Shown: piece after piece, positions 19,979 through 33,100 of the stretch
Numbering within the stretch: the first letter of the stretch is position 1
Layout: every line of letters starts with the position of its first letter
Position numbers and translations under genes: made by a program
From: Bugula neritina
Taxonomy: Eukaryota > Animalia > Bryozoa
Reading direction: 5' to 3'
Assembly (NCBI GenBank): GCA_964035545.1
Contig: OZ037769.1
Coordinates: forward strand, 13,360,633 to 13,424,632
DNA: 64,000 nucleotides
Notes under the pieces: model-generated
What the model was told of the DNA's origin: nothing
The model's database searches: none
The model's input: only the letters and a program-made list of their open reading frames with translations

Positions 19979-20873
19979 GTGTTATTCCATTAACTATATG
20001 GGCTCATGTAGTATGTTAAACTTACTTAGGAGTGTGTTTACTGTGAGGACATGGGCTACCATTCCTCGTAGTTCATCAGGCTATCCTGACAGGTAAAATG
20101 AGTACAGAAAGATGGGTTTGTTGAGACTGGAAGATACAGTTTCATATTTGGTTCAGGGGTCAAAATGTCTGTCTAGGGGATTTTCCACTGAATAAATTCT
20201 TGCTGACAGTAACACAGACCACAGCTGCTGTCAGAGTGGTGTAGGTATTTGACATTGTGTAATTAAGCTTGTGACAGCTCGTGCTAGCAAATGGGACGAG
20301 CTATAGTATGTTATGCTATGGAAACATGCTATTAGTTTTACATTGCTGGGTTCTTATTTCTACATCTACATTGCTAATTGTATTTAGATCTACATTGCCA
20401 TGTATCCATTTTCACATTGATATATATACAATATAATTTATCTATCATATAGTAGAATGTGCTGCAGCAAGCTGAAAAGCATCTTTGCAACAGAATTCAT
20501 GTGCTTGTAACAATTTATACGCTAGAATAGTTATTTGCAGCACATGGGTGACTAAATTTTATCACTAGGCTATATCACTGCAGTGAATATTATATACTCA
20601 CCCCTGGTTACTGCACACAGTAATTTCAATTTATTTATTATTAATTTTAAATCTTCAACAAGTCTTACTCTTCCTTCTTTTCTGCTCACAATAATTACTC
20701 TAATAATCCGCGGAATGACTTGCTTTTTCGACATTTTAAGAAGCAATGCAACAGACCAGCTATAATGCAACAATCCAATTTAAATGATAAAAACTCAACT
20801 TATTTTCATTGTTTGATTGTTTTTTTTTATTGTTGAAGCAACACTATAGTGTTTTGCTTCAATAACTCCTTTT

Positions 20874-20971
20874 GGTAATTCCATGCCAACTCAACTTAAT
20901 GGCCAACGAAGAGGCGGGGGGGGGGGGGGGGGGGACCCTCTGAAATTGGGTTGAGTTGGCATGGAATGACC
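20874..20971. mobile_element. 98-bp MITE with 22-bp TIRs and a poly-G centre
   Basis: GGTAATTCCATGCCAACTCAAC ... GTTGAGTTGGCATGGAATGACC (21/22 match), flanked by TTTT on both sides (possible 4-bp TSD, Sola-like by inference). Confidence 0.75.
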
Positions 20972-21453
20972 TTTTGCTTAACTGTTATGCCTATAAAAGC
21001 AATAGTAATTGCAGCACAATAATGATCCACATGTTATATCAAAAAATCTGTTAGCACAAAAAAGAAATTACATATGAAACTGAATATTGTGTAAAAGATT
21101 TGTAAAAGATTAGCCTTATATAATGTCTCTTTGAATTATGATATATAAAACATACAACAATGGGTAGTAATAATTATTCAGTAGAACAGACACCATTATT
21201 TATACATGACGTTTTGAAAGTTGTTCATTATTGCATCAATTGTTTAGTACTGAAGTTTAATATATGATACAGCCTATACAAAATATATATCATGTGTGTG
21301 GCATAAATTTGCAGTTTTATATTTTAAAGCAACATATTACAAGGGATATATTAATTAAATGCTAGGTATGCATGTATCGCTATATAATATTCAAGATGGG
21401 TGAAATTTAGAAATATTTTATTACAGTCCACGGTCATTACACAGTTAGTTTAA

Positions 21454-23993
21454 GGTCATTACTTTCCAGATTCAAGCACTGCTTTATGTTATATATAAAC
21501 GGTTTCCAGGGGATAGCTCGAACAGTTTTTGTCTCACATTAACAAATTTTACATGAAAAGATAGCTCTTGCATTCCTCTTTCATATACTTTTTTAATTTT
21601 TCAATAAAAAATTTTCTGAGAAAGTTGTTGCATAATAAGTAAAATTTTATACCCTCCATGTTCCACTGCTGTAGCACAGGGGATTCATTTTATAAAGTCT
21701 AAAAGTTAAACTTGACATTCCTTGATATGTTTTCTCTAATATACTTTCTTTGTTTTTTGAAATTCTGTTTATGCTCTTCACAATTTGGTAAAAACATACA
21801 CCATTTTGCAAGTTTCACTGCAATTTTCTAAATTCTTCATATGGTGGTTCTAGCTACGCTCCTGTGACTAATTATAACATTCCTAGTACGTTTGCCGCTC
21901 TGCGCTATCACAATAACATATAGTACCCTCTCGCACAAATTGGCAATCTATTGGATTTCTGCCAATATAATGTTCCCTGTTTTACATTAGCACTTAGCTG
22001 AATCATCTCACTATGTTACAATAATATATTGAAAATGCCTTAGCACAACATAATTCTTTGTTTGTTTGGCAGAGTTAATTTCAGCTAAATCACTTCACTT
22101 TGCAGTCTTGTCAGTAAAGGTCTGTCTATAGCACAGCAGGTGTACTTTCAGTTTCTCTAATTCACATATGATTATTTTAAGTACATTGTATTCTATAAGA
22201 TCAATTTAAGGTTTAGTCCAGCGTTCAGTATCTAATTATTATGCATGTATGTTGTCTTACTGTTGAACAAAAGTTAAAAAAAAAACTTTACACTTATAGC
22301 CATATTTATTATACATGCGTAGGATTTGCATAAATTGACAAAAAAAATTGCAACAAAACAGGGTTGAACCATGACCAACCAACTCGTCGTTGTCGCCTCT
22401 AACCTCTGGACCACGCAGTCATCGTAAATGAGACGCGCACTATATGAGTCACTATCATTACATAAATATTTCGCGCGCACCCGGGTTATAATTATTAGGC
22501 TGTCAATTCATGTTGATAGCAGTCAACTGTTGCAATAGTCTCAGGTTACTAGCAAAGCTAATGGTTTTGAACAAATAACCCAAAAGTTTAAAAATAAGTA
22601 GCTTGCGTATTACTAGCTACAAAAACAGGTCTGAAATAGACTGGTAAAGCAAGCTCTTATTGTAGAGTTTGCAGATGTGCTCTAAAATAAAACTTAAACT
22701 GTATGCTATTACATAAGTATTTGTATGCGAGAGATAAATGGACATTACTGAGTTTCTGGAAAACAACATACTTGAAGTTAACTTTGACAATGGTGTGTTA
22801 TTTTCATCATAGCTAGCCTATAGCATAAATCTCTAATCATATGAATCTTTATGAAGCCCACAGCTCATGTAAGGGTGGCAATGTAAAATGAAATGAAATG
22901 AACAATTATGTTGCTGCATTGTGTCTTAGGTATATTAGAGAGCAGAATTTGGTTTTAATAGCCTACCCCAACGGCATTCTACAATGCAGCTTATATGCTG
23001 GCAGTTGTAATAAGTACTGCCAATAGCAAGGTTACTATCACTGCTAGCTCTGTGCAGTATGTAACCTCTTGAATAATTGCGCCAATTTTAAACTCTTGGA
23101 AGTTGGCCAAGTTATCATATCGCAGCCAGCCACCGGAGACAAAGCATCAGAGCTATTCATATAATATTATACTGATGCACTTGGTAGCAGAGTGGCTAAT
23201 CTAATATAGTTCATAGTTCAACACCCTTTACTTTGGGAATACAGTCTCTTTTTTTAGGTTTACCTTACAAAGCATGAAAATATCTAAACTGATATTCTGA
23301 TAATTTAGAGGTACATTTTGAAAACTAGGTTAATTGCACTTGTTTGCACAACAACAATAATAAAATAGATATTATGCAGTATAATAAAAACACACATAGT
23401 ACTATATAATATATTATAATGATAATAATATAATATTATAAGTACCATTACTGCATTTTATAAATCACATGGTTGCCAAAAAATGTATCACAAATTTTGT
23501 AATTATACATCAAAAATAGAACTAGCTAGGCAGCAGGTTAGAATAGAGTAAATTTTTAAAACATGAAATCATGATTTGACTATTGTTTTATTTAGGCCAA
23601 CCAACCTAGGAATACAAGATTGGGTTTTAGCTGACAGTTTATAACATTTAGCTTTTGAGCCAGCAGCACTGGCACTTGTGAAGTATAGGCAAAGTTAGTG
23701 AAGCGAGACTAACAAGCACTCAAATACAAGGCATATTGAGACACAATAACAAGTCAGGAGCGTATAAATTGAAAAGAATGTGGAAGGGGGACTATGTTTT
23801 TCAACAAGCTATAACTTAAACATGAATTGGCTTTTGAAAAAAATAAAAAAGTATATTGGAGAACATAAATTTCTTTATCTTTTCATATTTTTTTTGTTCC
23901 TGTGACATTCAACCTGTTCGAGCTATCAGTGGAACATTGTTCATATAGAACATAAAGCACCTGGCAAAGAGCCAGAAAATGAAAAGTATGACC
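21454..23993. mobile_element. TTAA-flanked DNA transposon derivative (~2.5 kb, Kolobok-like) with long degenerate terminal inverted repeats
   Basis: TTAA|GGTCATTACTTT ... AAAAGTATGACC|TTAA. About 140 bp at each end share inverted blocks (TGCTTTATGTT.TATAT.AAC, GATAGCTCGAACAG, ATGAAAAGATA, ATATACTTT). No transposase ORF seen. Confidence 0.6.
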
Positions 23994-24782
23994 TTAAACC
24001 AACTGTGATACCAACACATATATTACAATAATGTTTGCTCAACTTTTATGAATATACTTTTTGATTTACATCAAGATTATTGCAATATGTTTTTCTTTAC
24101 AGTAATTAATAGCTGCTTTCAATACAAAATTAGTTTTGCTTTGCGTTAAAACAGTATCATTTTATTCCAATAATTATATGAATATAATGATGACATAAAA
24201 TATGATGTATAATGAAGAGTTAAAATTAACTCAAGACGTAATTTTTACAATTAATGCTAAGTTTTCTTTAATAAATAAAGCGATTGAGCATAGAACCATT
24301 TTACAGTTAGCTGTAAAATGAGAACTTTTCCTACAGACATGAACCAACTGAAATAATGTTGTTGGTGGTAATTTTATATGTTTTAATCAAAACACGCTAT
24401 TTGTATATTATTTAGGACTTTTGCAGGATGATTTTTCAGTTTTACAGACTGCAATAGAAATATTTTGCAGTATGAACTCTTGATTTAGCACACCAACAGC
24501 CTATCAAGCTGACTGACAAAACTGCATATTCAAATAGACTTATTACAGTAAATGTCCAGCACTAAATCAGCTAAACTGATTTTTACAGACCTAGAAATAA
24601 ACACTTAGTACACCTACAGATCGATAATAAAAGAAAATCATACTGGAAAGAGATATTCAGAAAAAAATAAATTTGTATGTTTAAACTACTATGTACAAAA
24701 GAATACAAACAATTGATGTACATCATAACCTTGAAACAAGCTAAAAAGTTGCCATTATATAACCGAGCCCATTAACCTGACT

Positions 24783-27780
24783 CTAAGAGCCACATTTTAC
24801 AGGGTGACCTTCAGGTGATATAGATTCACTTTCACAGTTCAATGACTTTGGTTGAGATACAATGTCTATGTTTTGAGCTTTGAAGAATGTCCAGGTTTTC
24901 TTTGACCTACTTAATTCTACGTCCAAGTGATCTAGAATCACTCTACAATACACCAATGAGATGCTTTTATACAACTACTAGACCAATCATAGCTCATTAT
25001 ACACATAGCAGAAACAGTAAAACTAAGGGAAATGCTCTACAATACAATACAATTACAATTAAATAGCTTGTAATGGAGTTCATATCATAATATTCAATAA
25101 AACTGCAAATGAGTATTCAGTTACAGTGAAAGGCGTTTCCTTTACACTTCAATAACTAAAAGCATGTAATTTAAACTTTATATTTGCAGGGTAAAATAAC
25201 TCTCAAGCAAATTATATTGTCTTCACATTAATAGAGTTGTCTTCTAAAATATTTGATATCATAATTTTGAGATATTTAGTAACAAAAGGTTGTAAAATTG
25301 CTTCAGTAAAAGAATTTGGGTAGTATTAGAATGATTATCTGAATATTTTCAGGACACCTTTTGCTGCGACTGATATTTGATAAATTATTCGCACAGTTTT
25401 ACCCACATCCTTTGTTTTTATTTATAAATTTATTTTAAAAATAGAGAAAGGACAACTCCCCGCATAAAATAAATACAAATAGATAAACTTACTCATTGGA
25501 AGCCCCTCGAACTCCATTGACTATCAGCTTAGCCTTGCCTTTTGGGCCCCGGAATGGAATAACCATTGTCACATTATTCTCAGTATACTCTGCCATTTCT
25601 ACTCGTTTGATAGAAATAGGATCGCCAACATACTCCAGCACTGGGTCATAGTTCTTTAAATGCATGATTGATGTTTGATATAATTCTGTCGATTTATACT
25701 CCTCTAAAACAGCAATGTTTTTAACTTGATAAATAACAGCATTAACTATATTTGTGTTACACATAGACCAGGGGTGTCCAACCTTTTCAGACCGAGGGCC
25801 AGTCTGCAAGTTTCAGCTTTGGCCGAGGGCCACAAATTTTTTTCTGTTTTTAAAATCAATTTTCAAGATTCGTTAAACATCTGCAGGCTATATGTATTAT
25901 AATTATAAGCGATGGCTAGGCTTTGCATGTTTATTAAAATCATAACATATTTAAATAGATATATATTACTTATGTGTGTGTGTGCGCGTATATATGCATT
26001 TAATTAAAATAGGTAAGAAGAAACATTTCATTTTTATTACTTTAATAATCAATAATCAATAATTATATATGCATTTATGTTTGTGGATAAAAAATTATAC
26101 TTATATACATACAAAGTATATATTCATGATTGCACTTGCAAATTTAAACAAGATGCGCCAGTGCTAAGAGTCTGTACTCATACCGGTATAGTTGTATTTT
26201 ACAACCATCAGTGAGACACTTGTGAGTACACAGTGAGTACTGTTTGCCTTGAACAATTCTGTTAATATCTAGTTTTGTATCAGAACATGCAACCCTTAGT
26301 TGCTGGACTAAGTGCTGATTAGTGAGTGAAGTGTAGTGTCTATTTTTGTGTATTTCATTTGACTGAAAGTTGAAAGTTCAAACCTTCAAGCCGTCTCAGT
26401 GCAGCATCTAACAAGCAGTCAAAGGTCAAAGGTCAAATCTTTACAGTACATACTCGAGCACAATTCATTATAAAACAAAATTGTTTAGGCATCTAACCTT
26501 AAAACAGTATGTAATTTATGAAAACGAACATATACACAATAATATTTTAGTACTGCATAAGTGCATGAAGTGTGTCAGGGATTCTTCAATTACTTATCTT
26601 GCACAATACAATCAATAAAAATTACAACTTAGTTATACTTTCAAAAAGTCTTGTCTCTATATATGGCCAGTCCTGATCAAATGTCTTTAAAATATCTGTC
26701 TGCACAGGATAGTTACAGGTAACTTTTTAGCTGCAACTGCCTTGCTGAGGTTTGCATTGTAACTGTGTAAAAATTCAGTACCAGTAAAAACAATCTCATT
26801 TGATTGAAGGCTACTAGAATTAAAATTTAAAAACTATGTTGTGAATCTTATTTTTCCCAGTGCAACTTTACTGGAATTTTTTCATTCTTTTGCAAAGTTA
26901 TAGAAAAAAACTGCACATTTTTGGCTAATTTTGCCTCAAAAGTTGATTTTTTTAGTACCAATAGCAGGAAAACATGATATCTGAATAAAAAAAGCAATGA
27001 CTTTTAGATTTTATATAAATTGTGGATTCATGCACTGGAAATGGTATATTTCTTTTCAAGTAGTAAGCGCTGCGCATCACTTCACGCTTCAGTGAACGCG
27101 TAGAGATGCATAATATTATAATATAGGCGTCTACATTACTATGTCACAGGCTTGCTAGCTATAACGGACTATAATGACTAGCTTGCTGTTATTGGTTGTA
27201 GTTTGATCTCAGGCTAAATAAGGACAAGTAGGCAGCACGCATGCCACCCACAGAACAATATTGTAGAAGAACTTAAACTACATTTTAATAGAAATTCTTA
27301 GTGGGATGCTCTCAACTATCCTATGTGCTGCTGTATCAGGCTAGTTAGCAAATTTGATAAACAAAAATTTGTAACTTGCTATACCTTGGGGGCCACACAA
27401 ATATAGCTGGAGGGCCGGATCCGGCCCCCGGGCCGCCTGTTGGACAGCCCTGACATAGACGCATGCACGCACACTCATATATGTATATATAAGTTAGCAA
27501 CAGTAAAAATTAATGAAATGAGTTGTAATACAGCATAATATCGATATAGGATGCATGCAAATTATATAAAAATTTACACCTATGTATTATTTGGTTATTT
27601 AGAGATAATAACTGACTGAAAGTACTAACTTTGAGTGATATAAATTGAGTAATATGAAAAGCCAATTCCAGATACAAATAGAGTGACTCCCGTCCAAAGA
27701 GGAGTACGCATTAGCCTTTTGTTATGTCGCAAGACATATAAAATACGCCCAAAGTATGAGAGGTTTTTTTCTAGCTTCAT
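24783..27780 (-). CDS. COA1: Cytochrome c oxidase assembly factor 1 (COA1/MITRAC15-like), 173 aa, 3 coding exons
   Basis: Exons 27780-27630 (MKLEK...TM segment LWTGVTLFVSGIGFSYYSIYI), 25703-25493 (ELYQTSIMHLKNYDPVLEYVGDPISIK...MVIPFRGPKGKAKLIVNGVR) and 24942-24783 (VILDHLDVEL..). The pattern matches recalled COA1 (YYKLAVEQL..HP....LGPPL.I...LKIPVSG.K..G.LYV...W.LD...LEL). Confidence 0.82.
25769..27452 (-). mobile_element. Internally deleted hAT (Buster/Charlie/SPIN-type) transposon in COA1 intron 1
   Basis: TIRs CAGGGGTGTCCAAC / GTTGGACAGCCCTG and a perfect 8-bp TSD ACATAGAC (25761-25768 and 27453-27460), with a transposase remnant inside. Confidence 0.9.
26208..26375 (-). pseudogene. Frameshifted C-terminal remnant of a Buster/SPIN-type hAT transposase (dimerisation domain)
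   Basis: Translates, with frameshifts, as STFSQMKYTK/RHYTSLTNQHLVQQLRVACSDTKLDINRIVQGKQ../SQVSH*. This resembles the recalled family ending FS.MK..K...R..LTD.HL...LR......PDI..LV..KQ.Q.SH*. Confidence 0.8.
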
Positions 27781-30190
27781 CTCCTTTACTTCTTTTTAAA
27801 ATCAATATCTAAAACTAAAACAACAACAATGTAATTAATTCAACATTAGGATTGAAATTCAAACTACAAAAAACGACAGAAGTTTATATAGCTATTTCAA
27901 GACTAAGCAATTTAACAAGTAACAGCAAGATTAAAAAATTTAATGTTAGATTACTTTTTGAACAATGAAATTACTAATGAAAAAAGTTCATCGATATTTT
28001 AATTATTTTAGCAATGAGTCTGATGGAACTATACCTAGCCCCATGACAGACAATCCCGATACTAATGCTACAAACTTGTAAGTCACATCTTTTAATCAGA
28101 ATATAAATTTTTGAATAAAAATTAAAGCAAATCTTGCTTTCTGTTTAACTATTCCTTCTGATAATAAAATTCAAGCCTTGAAGTTAAAGGTGTTTACTAG
28201 TGACAAGTACAACTATTAATATTACATTTACTAAAACATTACCTTGAGTTTAATTAAACTATAACATTAACATTATTATAAGTATATGAAACTTTAAAAC
28301 TTTTAGTCATAGTGAGCCTTACCTTAAGCTTAGAATTTAGTAATTACCACCAGACTCAGTATCAGTATCACTCCATTCAATTTCATGGTTATACTTACAG
28401 TTATTAATTCTCCAAAGCTCAAGGCTAAAGCTTAAGCACTAACTCTAAGTCTAACTCTAAGCAGTAACTGTAACTGTGTAAGTGTAAATTAATGGCAATA
28501 CACTTACAGAATCAGGATAAGAATGAGAATCAGAAAGTGAGAATCAGAATGCTATGGCCTATGAACAGTAAAACTAAAAGTCTTATAAAATGCTACCATT
28601 TGACTTTTTGTCACAAATAGAAGAAACAATCAGCATCACAATAGATTTAAGCACAAAAACTAATTTGCTATTTACTATTTACTATCAGCATGAACATGTC
28701 ATTTGGTGATAATCATAATCATATTGATTTATAGTACCAACTCTATAAGTATAAGCAATGGTTTTTGAGAAGACGGTAAAAACTAATAAATGGACTCGGT
28801 ACAACACTCTATAATAAGTTATATTGATGTTCATTGGAGTTTGAAATTTTAAAAGACGAATTGGCGATAATAATATGTTCGTTTGTCACAAAATCAACTT
28901 GAACTGATAGAAACTTATTTGTTTCCGTTTCCTATAAAACGTAAACACTGCTACAATCCACTTCAACCTTGCAGTTGCACTTTTTGTTATTCATACTTGT
29001 ACTGGGTACTGATGTTTTTCTAAATCTATAGGCTATTACTATTAGTATTTATCATTATTAGCATTATCTATTGGCATTAGTTTTAAAAATATCACTTATA
29101 GTTATTACCGCAGTCCCACTACGTCTACTCAATATTCATTTATTGAACATTAGACTTAGTTTTTGATAATTATTATAAATAATGATATAATACTTTAATA
29201 GTAATACTAATAGTAATAGGAATATCATTATTATCATAATCATAATGGTAGTCATAAATATAATAAGAAGTAATAACGAGTAATTAATATCATAATGATA
29301 ACATCAAATTGACAATGCCAATGCTGAAAGTCAAAGTGAATGGGGATGTTTATAGTAATCATAATTACAATGATTGTGATCACAATCACAATGATAATAA
29401 TAAAGATAGGACATCTTCACGTTAAAAAATAATAATCCGAATTATTAGTCTAGACTAATAAAGTAATATTAATATATTAGCATTGGTGATGTAAGATTTG
29501 AAGTAAACAGTTTTAGTACTTAAAGTAAATACTAATTTTAGTTGACAGGCAATAATTAAAGTTAATAACTATAAGTTCAATTTAGGATCATTTTGACAAC
29601 AATACTATTGATATGCTGTTTATTACTTTGTACAGTTTATTAGTTTTAATAACATAATGTGGTATTTAGTTTATATTGACTAGTTGTCATAGTTATAATT
29701 ATGCTCAATCTGATTTCCTTGCTGCTACTAATATAAATATTTGCAGGTAATTGCATCATTCATTATCAATATCTTATTTAAATATTTATAGTTTATATTT
29801 TTTTTCTGCTCCTATAAACTGTAAAAGTTTTACCAATCATATTTGTTGAATAATTTTACTGGCTGATGTGACTTAATTTTGTTTTATGCAGAATTATATT
29901 TTTTGTATGTCACTGGCAACCACAAATAAATGTTTATGTTAATAAAACTTCTGCACTTACAAATTTAAAAGCTGAAGTTATAAACCTTTCTGTCTTTAAA
30001 CTTGTTTCTAGGTTCAGCCAAGTTCACTCTGGCATCCATACTCACACTTCATCAATAGCTCCTTTATTGTTATATCTCAGTTCCACTAATGCTATAATTT
30101 GATCAAAATTAAAGCTTTCTTTTTATCACGTCGTCATTTTTTAAGAACATTTAATTGGTTTTAGAAAGATTTCTGTGACTGATTAGGGTG

Positions 30191-33100
30191 ATGGAAGATG
30201 GAGAATACACTGTACTAGACTACGTATCGTCTGTAGCTGCGTTTTCTTCAATACTGTACTACGCCACGGGATGGTAGGTTATATACCCATTGTTACACTT
30301 TGAATTCTTATTGCATGTTGATGTGGTGCTGAGTCTAGTTTCAGTTATAGCATTACCGTTTTTTCTTAATATATATGTAACTGCTGAAAAAGCGTTATAA
30401 AAAACATTAAATTTGTAGCCATCTGAACAGTTGTCATCTCTTATAATATTTATTTTGTGACAGGCCTTTAGTATGGAGAGTGACTAAAAGACGGGATACT
30501 GGAATTATCTCCACTTTCCCCTATGTTGCTTTGCTAACCAAGTATGTAGTTTTCTGCTCTGCTCTCTCACACAATTTTTGAAATTTATTTTAATTGCAGA
30601 AGTTGAAATATGTCATTATGTATATATGTGTGCTAATTACATAATTAAAATAATATAACAGAGTTTAGTTGAAGAAATTAACAACTTATTAGATAATATT
30701 TGCAGGATTGATTTTTGCAAAACTATTTGGAATTTTCATCTCATTGAGAGAAGACGTATAAAGTTGAAGCAAAATTACTATTTAAAATATTAAAATGACT
30801 CTTCACTAATTTTGGTATTCATTTTGTGTAACCATATGCCATAAACACTAGAAAAAGGTTATGCTAAATTAGAAAAAAGCATAAAAATAATATATACAAC
30901 TTTTGATTGATTATATTAGTTTTTAAAAGTTCTTGTAGCATAGTTTAATAATATGATATTTTTCTATCAATTTACCGTATATTGGTGCAGTGTTTTAGAG
31001 TGCCATAGTGCGCAAGTTTCAAGTCTTTCAAGGATCTGCTTTCAAGTCAAATAAGTGATCAAGTCAACTCAAGTTATTTGTTCAAGTTTCCAACGCGGAA
31101 TTATTAGCAGTGACTTTAGTTGCATTTAAGTTTGAATCTGATCTATATTTAGAATATTATGATACTTTGAGGTACGTATAGGTTATCAGATATGATCTTA
31201 CCTTATTAGTTCTCTTTTTATGAAACAAAGCTAATATATTCTTTAACATTTTTTGGTTTTAAGATTAACAAAAATTTTACTTAATGCGGTGGGGTATTCT
31301 TATAGTGTTGTACATGGTTTATGGTTATAATTAGTGTAATTTTAATAATTTAAGAGCTCTTTTATCAGCTTAAATTTGCTGCTTTTTGATTTTTATACTC
31401 CTGCTATGTGGTGCAGTAGTATGAGGTCCAGTAGTATGGGGTCCAGTAGTATCTGGTCCAGTAGTATGTGGTCCAGTAGTATGTGGTTCAGTAGTATGTG
31501 GTCCAGTAGTATGTGGTCCAGTATTATGTGGTCCAGCAGTATGTGGTTCAGTAGTATGAGGTCCAGTAGTATGTGGTCCAGTAGTATGAGGTCCAGTAGT
31601 ATGTGGTCCAGTAGTATGTGGTCCAGTATTATGTGGTCCAGTAGTATGTGGTTCAGTAGTATGTGGTCCATTAGTATGTGGTTCAGTAGTATGTGGTCCA
31701 GTAGTATGAGGCCCAGTATTATGTGGTCCAGTAGTATGTGGTTCAGTAGTATGTGGTCCAGTAGTATGTGGTCCAGTAGTATGTGGTTCATTGATTTGTA
31801 AATATATAAGACAAGGTTGTACTAAAGTGCATTGAAAACTACTTGGTGAACTAAAATTAACAATGAGTAGTTGATAGGTGATGTGACATTGGCAGGATTT
31901 CAAAAAATTAATACATTAAATGATTAAATAGCTGCACAATGTTTATATATGACTGGTGGTTTCATATCTACATTATGCTATTCATGTTAAGCCCAGTTGT
32001 TACTTTAGAAGTATAAATTCAAATCTTCAACATATTCAATTAACTGATATTTTTCCCTCTCTGGTACAGATTATATCTGGTAGTTACCATTTAGTAGCAT
32101 TCCTTAACATAACAGTTGAGAAGTAGGGAGCAGCCTATTGGTTAGAGTTTTGCCTTAGTAAACACAAAGTCATGGGTTTGATTCCCAGTAAAGGCCATTG
32201 GTGATGTTAGGAAGAGCATCCAGTCATAATTGCTCCTGTGCCACATATGAATAAGTCCTTAGCTCTCTTTATTATACCCTTTCTATCAGGGGTTCTCACA
32301 GGGATAGTGACTATAAACTTGCTGTGTTAGTTAATGTTTATTATATTTATTTATATTAAATAATAAATAAATAAAAAACAAACCTGTCCATCAGCGGTTC
32401 TGACAGAGATGTTGATTATCAACCCACACAAGTTTTTCTACCAAGTACGTAGTGTAATGCTTAGTTTAGGAAGAGTAACGCAGAGTGCCCAGCTCACGCT
32501 ATAGGTTACTTTTTGTTCAAGATTGCATATAGTATATATCCATGTGCTAAAAGAGAAGACAACTTTGATAAAAGTTAACATTACATGCTTCACTGTTATT
32601 ATTTCACTTGACTTTGTGGTACTCAGGCTCTAAGTTGGGTCACAGTCTGAGTTTTAGACTCAGTTCTTTACATTCAGTTTTGGTCCTTTCTGAAGTATGT
32701 TTATGCATTTATTTTATAGTTGTACTGTTTGGACTTTGTATGGAAAGTTAGCGGACAACTTTGTGTTAAAGTTGGTTAACTCTGTTGGTGCTTCACATCA
32801 GATAGTGTATATTCTCGTTCTATATTATTATTCCAAAAGTAAGGTGAGTGTCCTTCCCTACCCTTGGCAATGTGAAGTTACTCAGGTTATGTTGTGTGAA
32901 GTTTAAACAGCTCCACGGCTGGCTAAATGGTGTCTGATTGAAACTATGGTGAAACTTAAAATGTGATAATTTTAGTTCATAGGATTGATATGGGTTTGTA
33001 GTTTAGTGTCCAGGTCAAGCAAACCCTTAGCTAGCAATATGTGTAACTCAGGAACTTTGGATCTTTCTAGAAGTATATTCAGTTGTTACGTAATGTTGAC

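Noticed and set aside
31370-31903. Three overlapping long ORFs (PHTTG, MWSSS and DHILL repeats)
   Set aside because: They arise from a 15-bp intronic minisatellite whose unit is a multiple of 3; no splice or start context supports coding.
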